The notes below the pieces were generated by a model, which was given only the letters and a program-made list of their open reading frames with translations, had not been told where the DNA came from and did no database searches. From contig CAVQEQ010000003.1 in the NCBI GenBank assembly GCA_963711565.1, positions 1,216,001-1,280,000 of the forward strand: a stretch of DNA of 64,000 nt, in the 5' to 3' direction. This stretch comes from an uncultured delta proteobacterium (GTDB lineage Bacteria; Desulfobacterota; Binatia; Binatales; Binataceae). Both the position numbers and the translations under genes were made by a program. This document shows positions 50,141-60,571 of the stretch, one piece after another (position 1 is the stretch's first letter; every line of letters begins with the position of its first letter).

Positions 50141-50821
50141 ATGGCCTCAGAACATATTGTTTTTTTGTTTGACGTCGATAACACGCTGATCGACAACGAC
50201 CACATCGTTGCCGACATGAAGAGCAATCTCGAGCGCGATATCGGCGACGATCAGCAGACGCGCTACTGGGAATATTTCGAGCAGCTGCGCACCGAGCTCG
50301 GCTACGCGGACTACCTCGGCGCGCTGCAACGCTACCGCGTCAATCATCCGCGCGACTTCGGCATTATCGCGGTGTCCTACTTCCTGATGAACTACCATTT
50401 CGCGAACCGGTTGTTCCCCTGCTCGCTCAACGTCATCGAGCAATACAAGCAATACGGCGAGACGGCTATCCTCTCCGATGGTGACATGATTTTTCAGCCG
50501 CTCAAGATAGAACGCTCGGGATTGCGCGAAGCCGTTGATGAAAAAGTGATGATCTACATCCACAAGGAGCAGGAACTCGACAACGTCAAGGCGCGCTATC
50601 CTGCCGACCATTACGTGCTGATCGACGACAAGGTGCGGATTCTCGACGCGGTCAAGAAAACCTGGGGCGCGAAGGTGACGACGGTGTTCCCGCGCCAGGG
50701 CCATTACGCGGCCGACGCGAATGAGGTTGCCAAGTACATGGCGCCGGATGTCACCGTGGACAGAATCGATCAGCTGCGCGACTACGATTTAGCGCGCCTG
50801 CGCGCAGCGACGAAGAGATAG
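50141..50821 (+). CDS. HAD-family hydrolase
   Basis: FDVDNTL, LSDGD, IDDK. Confidence 0.87.
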   Translation: MASEHIVFLFDVDNTLIDNDHIVADMKSNLERDIGDDQQTRYWEYFEQLRTELGYADYLGALQRYRVNHPRDFGIIAVSYFLMNYHFANRLFPCSLNVIEQYKQYGETAILSDGDMIFQPLKIERSGLREAVDEKVMIYIHKEQELDNVKARYPADHYVLIDDKVRILDAVKKTWGAKVTTVFPRQGHYAADANEVAKYMAPDVTVDRIDQLRDYDLARLRAATKR

Positions 50822-50829
50822 CAGCGGGA

Positions 50830-51528
50830 TCACGCGAGATCGAAAAACAGCACTTCGGCGGGTGAGCTCGCAACAATTGTCACTTTCTCTTCGTTGCTGA
50901 TCGCGGCGCCGTCGCCCTCTGCCAGTGCGGTGCCGTTAACGGTGACGCCGCCCCGCGCGACTTGCACCCATCCATGGCGGCCCTTCTTGAGATTTGTCGC
51001 GACAGTCTGTCCGCGCTCCAGCTTTGACACCGACAGCGCAGCATCCTGGTGAATCTTCACCGACTGCCCGCCGCCCTCGAGTGAGCCGACCGGTGCGAAG
51101 CCGCCGTGCGCTTTGGCGTCGTCGATGGTCTTTTGCTCGTAGCCGGGAGCGATGCCGGCAGTGGCGGGCATGATCCAGATTTGCAGAAAATGAACCGGCT
51201 CGCTTTTCGAATGATTGAATTCGCTGTGCGTGATTCCCGTGCCCGCGCTCATACGCTGCGCCTCGCCGGGACGAATTACGGAGCCGGTGCCAAGGCTGTC
51301 CTTGTGCTCGAGCGCGCCTTCGAGAATGTAGGTGATAATCTCCATGTCGCGATGCGGGTGCGTGGGAAAACCCGCGCCGGGGCGGACGCGATCTTCGTTG
51401 ATGACGCGCAGCGTGCGAAATCCCATCTGGCCGGGGTCGTAGTAGTCGCCGAAAGAGAAGCTGTGACGGCTGTCGAGCCAATCGATTTTCGTGCGTCCGC
51501 GGTCGGCAGCTTTGCGCGGAGTAATCAT
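50830..51528 (-). CDS. Pirin family protein (YhhW-like)
   Basis: LRVINED, HPHRDMEI, MSAGTGITHSE, FLQIW. Confidence 0.93.
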   Translation of the reverse strand: MITPRKAADRGRTKIDWLDSRHSFSFGDYYDPGQMGFRTLRVINEDRVRPGAGFPTHPHRDMEIITYILEGALEHKDSLGTGSVIRPGEAQRMSAGTGITHSEFNHSKSEPVHFLQIWIMPATAGIAPGYEQKTIDDAKAHGGFAPVGSLEGGGQSVKIHQDAALSVSKLERGQTVATNLKKGRHGWVQVARGGVTVNGTALAEGDGAAISNEEKVTIVASSPAEVLFFDLA

Positions 51529-51541
51529 GGCAGATGCTCCC

Positions 51542-52801
51542 TCAGGCTGCCTTGGCCGCCGGCTTCATTTTCAAGCGGATCGGCATGTGCTTGATGCCAC
51601 CGACGAAGCTTGAACGCAGCCGCTCGACCGGACCGGCCGGCTCAACGTGATCGAGTCGCTTGGCCAGCTCCCTGAAAATAATTTTCAATTCCAGCCGCGC
51701 CAGGTTCGCGCCGAGGCAGAAATGCTCGCCGATGCCGAATGCGATGTGCGGATTAGGATTGCGGCTGATGTCGAACTTGAAAGGATCCTTGAAAACTTCT
51801 TCGTCGCGATTCGCCGACGGGTAAAACAGGCATACTGATTCGCCGGCTTTGATCTTCTGGCCGCGAATCTCGGTATCTTCGGTCGCGGTGCGCGCGAACT
51901 GGATGACAGGCGTCGTCCATCGAACGATCTCCTCGACCGCCGAGTCGATCAACTCAGGATTGCGCTTGAGCTTCTGCCACTCGCCGGGATTGTCGATGAA
52001 CGCCTGCAGGCCGCCGGTAGTTGCGTTACGGGTCGTCTCATTTCCCGCTACCACCAGTAAAAAATAGTACGACAGCATCTCGAACTGCGGTATCGGCTCG
52101 CCATTGACCTTGCCGTTGGCGACGATGCTGGTGATGTCGTTGGTCGGATGCTTCATCCGCTCCGCCACCATGTCGCTGAAATACTGGAACAGGCCGAGCC
52201 GCGAACGATCCATCGTCTCCTGCGCGCTTGTCCCCGCCTGGAACTCCGGGTCGCCGCCGCCGATCGTCTCGTTGGTCCATCGGAAAAGCTGCTCCCAATC
52301 CTTGTGCGGGACGCCGAGCAGCTCCGCAATGACGGCGAGCGGAATCTTCGACGATACGTCAGTGACGAAATCGCAAACGTCGCGGCCGGTCACGTCGTCG
52401 AGCACCTCGCGCGTGATGTTTTCGATTTCAGGCCCGAGCGGACTCACGCCGCGTGGCGTGAAATGCTTGCTGACGACGACGCGATACTCGCCATGATCGG
52501 GCGGGTCCATGTCGAGCAGATGGCGGAACGGCGGCGTCGGACTATCCTCGAAGCCGTCCTCGTTGACGAACACCAGCAGGCGCGGGCCATTGAGGAACAG
52601 GCGCGGCTGCTTCGAGATCTGGATGATGTCGGCGTGTTTGGTAATCGCCCAGAACGGATCGGTCTTCGGATACTCGCACCAGAAAACGGGCTTGTGCTTG
52701 CGCAGGTACGTCCATTCGCGATGCGGATAGCCGTTTTTCATGTAGTGGTCGGGCCCGATGATGTTCAATGATTCGAGCGAGAGTGCTTGTTCGGTTTCCA
52801 T
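51542..52801 (-). CDS. Cytochrome P450
   Basis: AGNETT, EEIVR, FGIGEHFCLG heme motif. Confidence 0.96.
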   Translation of the reverse strand: METEQALSLESLNIIGPDHYMKNGYPHREWTYLRKHKPVFWCEYPKTDPFWAITKHADIIQISKQPRLFLNGPRLLVFVNEDGFEDSPTPPFRHLLDMDPPDHGEYRVVVSKHFTPRGVSPLGPEIENITREVLDDVTGRDVCDFVTDVSSKIPLAVIAELLGVPHKDWEQLFRWTNETIGGGDPEFQAGTSAQETMDRSRLGLFQYFSDMVAERMKHPTNDITSIVANGKVNGEPIPQFEMLSYYFLLVVAGNETTRNATTGGLQAFIDNPGEWQKLKRNPELIDSAVEEIVRWTTPVIQFARTATEDTEIRGQKIKAGESVCLFYPSANRDEEVFKDPFKFDISRNPNPHIAFGIGEHFCLGANLARLELKIIFRELAKRLDHVEPAGPVERLRSSFVGGIKHMPIRLKMKPAAKAA

Positions 52802-52873
52802 TTTCGAGAGTCTCCGCTATCCCGGGATTTCCGTCTCGATTCGCATTCTGACCTGTCGCGCGCGATGAGTCAT

Positions 52874-53068
52874 CTAGTCGTCCTTGACTGTGATTGCCTG
52901 CCGCGGGCACAGCCGCGCCGCAAGCTTCAGCTTGTCGCGCATGCGCTCGGGCGGGTTTTCGATCAACAGATGGCTCTTGTCGTCGTCGCGCACCTCGAAG
53001 ACTTCCGGCGCCGCCTCCTGGCATTTCATATTTCCTTCGCACAACTTCAGATCGACAACGACCTTCAT
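52874..53068 (-). CDS. Ferredoxin (3Fe-4S type, P450 partner)
   Basis: CEGNMKC...APEVF...CP; GAGGAG RBS. Confidence 0.9.
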   Translation of the reverse strand: MKVVVDLKLCEGNMKCQEAAPEVFEVRDDDKSHLLIENPPERMRDKLKLAARLCPRQAITVKDD

Positions 53069-53426
53069 AATAACTAATCTCCTCTTTTCGTCGCCCCGCA
53101 AATGCCGCCCGGCGAAGCGATCATATAAGAGGATAGTTCTTTCGACTAGGAGCACGGAGCATCGCGAGAGCAGGTGACCTCGCGTTGCCGCGAAGGACTC
53201 TCTGGCGCAGTTTTTTGCCGCACAGAGGAGTGGCACGCGTACGCAGTCTGGGTGCATCATTTTGTCGAGTTAATATGACTAATAGATAGCAGCGAGCGGA
53301 ATTGCGCCCTTGCCGGTTCCTTTGGGCACACACGCCTTCGTACCAATCCTTGCGCGATGAGAGCCTTTCCTGCGATACCGAGTGTTATGTCGGATTGCCT
53401 CGAATCGCATCCGGGGAGGATGTCGA

Positions 53427-55103
53427 ATGGCGTATGATCTGATTATCAAGAACGGCACGGTCATCGACGGCACCGGTGCGTTTCGTCGCCGCGCCAACGT
53501 CGCGGTCAAAGACGGCAAGGTCGCCGAGATCGGCAAAGTCACCGACGCCGCCGCGGAAACGATCGATGCGTCGGACTTGATCGTCGCGCCCGGCTTTGTC
53601 GATCCGCATACTCACTACGATGCGCAGATCTGCTGGGACCCATTAGTCAGTTGCACTTCGTGGCACGGCGTCACGACCGTCGTGATGGGAAACTGCGGAG
53701 TCGGTATTGCTCCATGCAAGCCCGCGGCGCGCGAGGTGGCGGCGTGGGACCTGGTCAACGTCGAAGCGATTCCGTTCGACGCACTGTCGAAGGGGATTTC
53801 CTGGGAGTGGGAAACCTTTCCGGAATTCATCGCGGCGGCGGAACGGCGCGGCGCCGGAATCAATCTCGCGTTCCTGGCGCCACTAACCCCGTTTCGGCAT
53901 TACGTGCTCGGCGACGAGTCGATGGAGCGCGAGGCCACCCCCGACGAAACGGCGCGGGTTGCGGCTCTCCTCCGCGAGGCGGTCGATGCCGGTGCGTTCG
54001 GATTCTCCACGACGACGCTGCCGCAGCATATCGGCTACCAGGGACGTCCGCTCGCGTGCCGGCTGGCTTCGCTCGATGAGCTGAAGGCGTACGCGAACGT
54101 GCTGCGTGATGCGGGGCGCGGCGCGATCGAAGTGGCGCTCACGCGGCGCGCGGGCCGAATGTCGGAGGACGAGCAGGGGCTGCTGGAATTTCTCCTCGAT
54201 GAGAGCATGCGCCCGGTCACGTGGCTTGCGATGGCGAGCCGTCCCGACAAGCCCGAGGCCAGCGCCGACACCCTGCGGCGGCTCGAGCCGCTGATCAAAC
54301 GCGGCGGTGTGCCGCAGGTGTTGTGCCAGCCGTTCGTAGTGCAAATGGACTTGCGTAATCCATTTTCGTTCGCCGACATGGAGCTGTGGGGACCGGTATT
54401 CAATCAACCGCTCGAAAAGCAGAAGGAGTTTTACCGCAACGCCGAATTTCGCGGCGCGTTTCGCGAGGAGCTCAAGCGGCCGCATCTGTTCCAGGGCAAA
54501 TGGAATCGCGTTGAAGTGCTCGAAGTCGCGAGTCCGACGCTGAAGCAATATGAGCGCAAGACTGTCGGCGAGATCGCCGAGCAGCGCCACGAGGATCCGC
54601 TCGATACGTTCTTCGACCTCGCGCTCGAGGACGATCTGAACATCCAGTACACGATGCAGCAGTATCACGAGGAAGGGATTCAGCGGCTGATCGCGGACCC
54701 GCGAACGATGATCGGTCTGTCCGACGGCGGCGCGCACGTCAACATGCTGTGCGACGCGGGCTACTGCACCTACCTGCTCGGCACCTGGGTGCGCGAGCGC
54801 CAGGCGATGACGCTGGAGAGCGCGATCAAGCGAATCACGTCGGAGCCGGCGGACTTCTTCGGAATCAAGGACCGCGGACGACTCAAGGTCGGGCTGCCCG
54901 CCAACGTCGCGATCTTCGACGAGCGCAAAATCGGCTCGGCCAAACGCGCGCGCATGCAGAACGATTTACCCGGCGGCGGGCGCAGGCTCGTGATGCCGGC
55001 CGAAGGCGTCGAGTACACGATCGTCAACGGCAACGTCCTCTACGAGCACGGGCATCATTCGGGTTACTTGCCGGGTCAGGTGTTGAGGTCGGGCGCGCAG
55101 TAG
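53427..55103 (+). CDS. N-acyl-D-amino acid deacylase-like amidohydrolase
   Basis: PGFVDPHTHYD, GNCG, SDGGAH. Confidence 0.9.
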   Translation: MAYDLIIKNGTVIDGTGAFRRRANVAVKDGKVAEIGKVTDAAAETIDASDLIVAPGFVDPHTHYDAQICWDPLVSCTSWHGVTTVVMGNCGVGIAPCKPAAREVAAWDLVNVEAIPFDALSKGISWEWETFPEFIAAAERRGAGINLAFLAPLTPFRHYVLGDESMEREATPDETARVAALLREAVDAGAFGFSTTTLPQHIGYQGRPLACRLASLDELKAYANVLRDAGRGAIEVALTRRAGRMSEDEQGLLEFLLDESMRPVTWLAMASRPDKPEASADTLRRLEPLIKRGGVPQVLCQPFVVQMDLRNPFSFADMELWGPVFNQPLEKQKEFYRNAEFRGAFREELKRPHLFQGKWNRVEVLEVASPTLKQYERKTVGEIAEQRHEDPLDTFFDLALEDDLNIQYTMQQYHEEGIQRLIADPRTMIGLSDGGAHVNMLCDAGYCTYLLGTWVRERQAMTLESAIKRITSEPADFFGIKDRGRLKVGLPANVAIFDERKIGSAKRARMQNDLPGGGRRLVMPAEGVEYTIVNGNVLYEHGHHSGYLPGQVLRSGAQ

Positions 55104-55118
55104 TCTTACCGCGCGGGG

Positions 55119-55772
55119 TTAGCTCTGTCGCGGCCAGCCGCGGTCCCATCGCCCGTCGTGGATACGCGGGAACACCGGCTTGCGCATTGGACGCTTGAAA
55201 GAGTCGGCCGGGTAACCCATCGGCACCAACGCGATCAGCTGATATTGGTCAGGCACCCCGAGAATCGCCTTGGTCTCGGACTCCTTGCTCGTGAGCATCG
55301 TCGTCATCGCGGTGCCGACGCCGACTGCGCGCGCCGCAAGCATCATCAGTTCGATCGCTGGGAAGATCGATCCGTAAGTCGCACCAAAGTTAAACAGATC
55401 GGCCGCACTGCCACGCTCGACGCGCATCTTCGGCCGATCGAGAAACACCACTACGTGCACCGGCACGATCGCGAGCTGCGCCGCAAACTCGTCGCCGGTC
55501 TTGATCGCCTTGATAGCGCGCGGCGACAGCGTCGTGCGGCCGCGGATAATCGCGCTGTCTTTGTACGGCTCCCAAACCGATTCGTATAGCTTCTGAATTT
55601 CGCGCCGCGCAGCCGCGTCGCGCACGACGACGAACTCCCACGGCTGCGCATTGGAACCCGACGGCGCCATGTTCGCCGTCTCAAGTATCTTCACTAGCTC
55701 CGCCTCCGGGATCGGACGGTCGATGAAACGGCGCATCGTCGGCGTTGAAGTGGCGACTTCGAAGAAATCCAT
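55119..55772 (-). CDS. Nitroreductase family protein
   Basis: APSGSNAQPWEF, MMLAARAVGVG, PMGYP. Confidence 0.88.
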   Translation of the reverse strand: MDFFEVATSTPTMRRFIDRPIPEAELVKILETANMAPSGSNAQPWEFVVVRDAAARREIQKLYESVWEPYKDSAIIRGRTTLSPRAIKAIKTGDEFAAQLAIVPVHVVVFLDRPKMRVERGSAADLFNFGATYGSIFPAIELMMLAARAVGVGTAMTTMLTSKESETKAILGVPDQYQLIALVPMGYPADSFKRPMRKPVFPRIHDGRWDRGWPRQS

Positions 55773-55787
55773 CGGCGGCCTCCGCGA

Positions 55788-56860
55788 CTAGACTAATTCG
55801 ATCGGATGTTCGCGCCGAGCGACCACGCGGCCGACGATCGCGGCCTCGCGATGCCCGCTGTCCTGAAGCTCCGCGACCAGCGCAAGCGCCTGCTCGGCGG
55901 GAATCGCGATCAGCAATCCGCCCGAAGTCTGCGGGTCGAACGCAATCGTCGCGATCTCGTCGGAAACTTCGTCGGAGATGCGGACGCTCGGCGCGTAGTA
56001 CTCGCGATTGCGATTGCCGCCGCCGGGCATCATTCCCGCGCGGCATTGCTCGATCACTCCGGGCAGCAGCGGCAAATCCGATTCGTCGAACACGATCGTA
56101 ACGTCGCTGCCATCGGCCATCTTGAGCGCATGACCGACGAGACCGAATCCGGTTATGTCGGTGGCGGCGTGAACGTCGTACTTCAGCATCGCGGATGCGG
56201 CCGCGGCGTTGAGTTGCGTCATCGAGCGGACGGCGGCCTGGTAGTGTTCGTCGGCGAGCGCGTCGCGCTTGAACGCGGTCAGTAAAATTCCGGTGCCGAG
56301 CGCCTTGCTCAGCACGAGCGCGTCGCCCACTTGCGCGCCGACGTTGCGCACGATTCGCCGCGGATCGATCACGCCGGTGATCGCCATTCCGAATTTCACT
56401 TCTTCGTCGCCGACGGTGTGGCCACCTACCACGACGACGCCGGCCTCGCGCGCTTTTTCGGCGGCGCCGCGCAGAATCTCGGCCAGCATCTCGCCCGGCA
56501 ATCCGGTTTGCGGCCAGCATACGATGTTGAGCGCGGTGCGTGGCACTCCGCCCATCGCGTAGACGTCCGAAAGCGCGTTGGCTGCTGAGATTTGTCCGTA
56601 GGTGAAAGGATCGTCCACCACCGGCGTGAAGAAATCGACGGTGTTCACGATCGCGAGGTCGTCGGAGAAGCGGAACACGCCGGCGTCGTCGCCGGTGGAG
56701 ATTCCGACGAGCAAATCGGGATGAGTCGGCAACTCGAGATGCTCGAGAACTCCGGCGAGGTCCGCCAGCCGAGCTTGCCGGCGCATCCCGCAGCCTTGCA
56801 TCGGGCAGTCAGCCGAAAGGTCTCGCCCGGCGCTGGATTGTTGTCCTTGGTGATGGACAT
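55788..56860 (-). pseudogene. selD: Selenide, water dikinase with a frameshift after codon 31
   Basis: ATG 56860 gives RLTARCKAAGCAGKLG in one frame; ADLAGVL..DDAGV..TVDFFTP..SDVYAMGG..DPQTSGGLL follows in another. Confidence 0.88.
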
Positions 56861-56966
56861 CGACGATATTGTCGCGCATCGCGCGGGCGAAGTCAGCCGC
56901 GCAAGCAAGGCCGGCGGCCACTTCTTTAGTGCTGACTGGTAGCGGCTGGGACTCCGAGCTGTTCGA

Positions 56967-57959
56967 TTATGCCGGCTCCGGCTCGTACCCTGCCCTTTCG
57001 ATCAGTTCGCGCGTTCTCGCCCAGTCCCATCCTGCGGTCGTCAGGTAGCCGTTTACGAAGATCGAATTGACCGCGTTGAACAGGTCCGCCTGGCGCGCGC
57101 CCACGTTCAATTCGCGCCCGCCTGCCGCGCGAACTTCGCTGCGCGGATTCAGAAGACGGAACAGGCACGCCGCCTTGAGACATTTCTCGGGCGTGAGCGC
57201 GCGCTGCGCTTCGAGCGGAGTGCCCTTAATCGGATGCAGAAAATTCAGCGGCACCGAATCGATCGCAAGCCGCCGCGTCGAGTACGCGAGATCGAGAATG
57301 TCGTCGTCGGTCTCGCCCATCCCGATGATCCCGCCCGAGCACGTCGACAATCCCGCCGCGCGCACGTTCTCGATCGTCTCTATGCGGTCGTCATAGGTGT
57401 GGGTCGTGCAGATTTCCGGATAGAAACGGCGACTGGTGTTGAGGTTGTGATTTATCCATCCGGCGCCCGCGCTCTTGAGCTCGCCCGCATCCTCGCGATT
57501 CATCAGGCCGATCGACAGGCACAGCTCGAGCCCCGGCAGCTCGGCGCGGATCCGATCGCACGCCTCGCCGAGATGCTCGACATCCTGCCGCGCCGGGCCA
57601 CGCATGCTGCAGACCATGCAGTAGCGGCGCGCGCCGCTCTCAACCGCGATTCGCGCACCCTCAATCAATTGGGCGACGCTCTGCATCTTGTAAACCGGAA
57701 TGTCGGCCTTCGAGATTTTCGATTGCGAGCAGTAGGAGCAATCCTCGGGACAGATGCCGCTCTGCGCGTTGCGCAGCATGCAAATCTTTACGCGGCGGCC
57801 GAATGCGGCCTCGCGCACGGTGCGCGTCGCCGCGAGCAAATCTCCTAGCCGCTCGTCGGGACAATTCAGGATTGCCATGGCGGCCTCGCGTGCGATTTCT
57901 TTCCCGGCCAGAACTTCTTCGACCATGCGATCGAGATCGATATCCTCAAACTTCAACAT
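56967..57959 (-). CDS. bioB: Biotin synthase
   Basis: CPEDCSYCSQS radical SAM motif, NHNL, CSGGI.GMGE, GYLT. Confidence 0.95.
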   Translation of the reverse strand: MLKFEDIDLDRMVEEVLAGKEIAREAAMAILNCPDERLGDLLAATRTVREAAFGRRVKICMLRNAQSGICPEDCSYCSQSKISKADIPVYKMQSVAQLIEGARIAVESGARRYCMVCSMRGPARQDVEHLGEACDRIRAELPGLELCLSIGLMNREDAGELKSAGAGWINHNLNTSRRFYPEICTTHTYDDRIETIENVRAAGLSTCSGGIIGMGETDDDILDLAYSTRRLAIDSVPLNFLHPIKGTPLEAQRALTPEKCLKAACLFRLLNPRSEVRAAGGRELNVGARQADLFNAVNSIFVNGYLTTAGWDWARTRELIERAGYEPEPA

Positions 57960-58035
57960 CACCGAATTCCTTTATCGCGCGAACTGGGCGCGCCGCACAT
58001 TTAGAGGTTTCCCGAAGCTGGATCAAGCGGCGCCA

Positions 58036-59685
58036 CTATTCGCGCGGGCGGACAGGAGGCTCGTACATTCGCTGCTCCCGTTTCTCGCCTTCCTCCTCCA
58101 CCTGTTTCATCTCCACTGATACCACCCCCGCCGGACGCTTGATCCGCTTTGCCGCGCCGAGCCGCCGCGTCCGCAGGGAGTATATGATGCTCACTGCCAG
58201 CCGCAGCATCAGCAGGATCGTGAACATCACGCACAGCCGGCCGAACCAGTCGTCGGCGCGCGAGTACAACGTGCGGCCGGTGCCCACCGGTAGGTCGGCG
58301 GTCGCCATCGTGTCTTCGCCAAGCATAGGCTCGCGCGCCGCGATCTCGCGGCCGCGGGAATCATTCGCCGAGAGCATCCCGCCCCGTGCCGCGCGCGCAA
58401 GCGAGAAGCCCGATTCGACGCCGCGCACCACCGCCATCCGCTGATGGATCACTTCCGATCCTTCCCAATCCGACGCGGGCGCGACCACCACACGCACGTC
58501 ATGCGCCGCAAGCTCGCGCGCGGTTTCGGGAAAATCCAGGTCCTGCGAGATCAGCACCGCGGTGCGGCCCCACGGCGCGTCAAAGATCGCCGGCTTCCGT
58601 CCCGCCTTGTAGTCCGATTCGAGACTCGGGATCAGATGATGCTTGGCGTAGGACGCCGCGATCTTGCCGTCGGGTGCGAATACAACGGCGATATTTCTCT
58701 TCGGCGTGCGCCCGATCTGGTTCACCCCGACCACCAGCCACACGTGGGACAGCTGCGCGACTCGCTGCAGTCCGAGCACAACGTCCCATTCGTAGCTCGG
58801 CGCGACCCCGATGATCTTTTCGGGCGTGACGACGATCTGCGCTCCGCTGCTGGCGGCCTGGCGCACCAACTTTGAGTAATGCGTGAGAACCTCGGCGGCG
58901 TCGGTCGGGTCCGTGGACTCGGACTCCGCTATCATGGACTCACTCGAGACCATCGCGACTCGCACCGACGGAGTCTGGGGAGTCAGAATCAGGCGCGTCC
59001 ATCCAAACATTAGTGCGAGCGCGAAAACGCTGACCGCCATTATCGCCGGATGCGTCCAGTCCATGTGCCATCGGCGCCGATACCACGCCACCGCCAGGCC
59101 CGCCGGCAACAACGACATCACGAACATCACGCCGCACATCCCCAGCCACGACGCGGTCTGCAGCAGCGGTAGAAAATCAACTTGCGAGTAGGCCGGACTG
59201 CCCCAAGTGCCGTGGGGAGACTCCAGCGAGAGCGAATAGTAGAAGGCGGTCTCGAAGGTCGGGAAGACCAGCGCCGCCAACACTCCCGACCAGCGCCGCG
59301 TCGCCTCGGCCGCCGCGGCGACGAAGGTCGCAAAGACGATTGCGCCTGCCAGATGCGACGCCAATATCGTCACCAACGGCACCGCGAAACTCTCACCACC
59401 CCATGCCACCAGGTTGCCGACGAGAAAGGCCACGAACGCCAGCTCCGCGCCAATTTCAGTCCCGACTTCGGGCGCCACCGCGAGAATCGGCAGAGGCGCA
59501 AACAGCCCGCACAGCCACAACCTGGTATCGGTGGCCGAAAGAGTGAAGAGCAACGCCGTCGCCAATGCGCCCAGCGCTGGAATGACGAGGTCGCTCGAGG
59601 GATCCGGAGGCCTGCCCAGTATGCTGGAAGGACGTGGCCGATAGTCACCCGGCCGCAACGAATCGACCATTGGGCGGTCGGCCAT
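58036..59685 (-). CDS. Lnt-like membrane carbon-nitrogen hydrolase homolog, catalytic Cys replaced by Ser
   Basis: TM N-terminus, GTWGSPAYSQ, PE, YAKHHL, ISQDLDF, RGVESGF. Confidence 0.82.
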   Translation of the reverse strand: MADRPMVDSLRPGDYRPRPSSILGRPPDPSSDLVIPALGALATALLFTLSATDTRLWLCGLFAPLPILAVAPEVGTEIGAELAFVAFLVGNLVAWGGESFAVPLVTILASHLAGAIVFATFVAAAAEATRRWSGVLAALVFPTFETAFYYSLSLESPHGTWGSPAYSQVDFLPLLQTASWLGMCGVMFVMSLLPAGLAVAWYRRRWHMDWTHPAIMAVSVFALALMFGWTRLILTPQTPSVRVAMVSSESMIAESESTDPTDAAEVLTHYSKLVRQAASSGAQIVVTPEKIIGVAPSYEWDVVLGLQRVAQLSHVWLVVGVNQIGRTPKRNIAVVFAPDGKIAASYAKHHLIPSLESDYKAGRKPAIFDAPWGRTAVLISQDLDFPETARELAAHDVRVVVAPASDWEGSEVIHQRMAVVRGVESGFSLARAARGGMLSANDSRGREIAAREPMLGEDTMATADLPVGTGRTLYSRADDWFGRLCVMFTILLMLRLAVSIIYSLRTRRLGAAKRIKRPAGVVSVEMKQVEEEGEKREQRMYEPPVRPRE

Positions 59686-59690
59686 ATTGG

Positions 59691-60566
59691 TCAGACTTGG
59701 GTGCGCGACGAGCTCAGCGTTCCCGCCGGCTTTGGCGCGTTCGCGATCAGTCCTTCGTTGAGCGATCCCGAGCGAAAGCCCTTTAGATCGATCGCGACGA
59801 ATCGAAACCCGATTTCTTTGAACTCGCGCTCGATCGTTTCGCGATTCGCCGGCTCGAAGATGCGCGCGATCTCGCTCTGCTCGAGCTCCAGCCGCGCGAC
59901 CTCGCCATGGTACCGCACGCGCGCGACCGCAAAGCCCATCGAATGAAGCAGCTTCTCCCCCGCCGCGACTCTCTTCAGCCCGTCAGGCGTGATCGTTGTG
60001 CCGTACGGAAACCGCGACGACAGGCACGGCGACGCGGGACGATCCCACGTCGGCAACCCCATCGCGCGCGACAGCGCGCGCACGTCGGCCTTGGTCATCT
60101 CGGCTTCGACCAGCGGATGGCGTACGCGCTTCTCGCTCGCGGCCTGCATCCCGGGGCGATAGTCATTCAGGTCGTCGAGGTTGAGACCGTCAACAATCTC
60201 GTCGATCCCAAGCTCGGCGCCCTTCGCCTCGCACACCGTGAACAGGTTGTGCTTGCACAGGTAGCATCGGTTGATCGGATTCGCCGCGTAGCCGGGAATC
60301 TCGAGTTCGTTGGACTCGACGATCAGGTGACGCGCGCCAATCAGCCGCGCCATCGCGATCGCCGACTCGCGATCCTCGTCGGGCATCGTCGGCGAAGTCG
60401 TCGTCAGCGCGAGCACCGCGTCGCCAAGCACCTCGTGCGCAACGTTCAATACGAACGTGGAATCGACGCCGCCGGAAAACGCCACGATAAGGCTGCGCAT
60501 CGGCGCAAACATCGCGCGCATCCGCTCCAGCTTCGCATCAAGCGTTTTCGTTTTCGACGTATCCAT
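59691..60566 (-). CDS. larE: ATP-dependent sulfur transferase LarE family
   Basis: AFSGGVDS PP-loop, RCYLCK, DYRPG, PCLSSRFPYG, SGSLN. Confidence 0.92.
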   Translation of the reverse strand: MDTSKTKTLDAKLERMRAMFAPMRSLIVAFSGGVDSTFVLNVAHEVLGDAVLALTTTSPTMPDEDRESAIAMARLIGARHLIVESNELEIPGYAANPINRCYLCKHNLFTVCEAKGAELGIDEIVDGLNLDDLNDYRPGMQAASEKRVRHPLVEAEMTKADVRALSRAMGLPTWDRPASPCLSSRFPYGTTITPDGLKRVAAGEKLLHSMGFAVARVRYHGEVARLELEQSEIARIFEPANRETIEREFKEIGFRFVAIDLKGFRSGSLNEGLIANAPKPAGTLSSSRTQV

Positions 60567-60571
60567 CGAAA

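Noticed and set aside
56780-56800. Selenocysteine UGA in selD
   Set aside because: The catalytic codon is TGC (Cys); the disruption is a frameshift, not a UGA.
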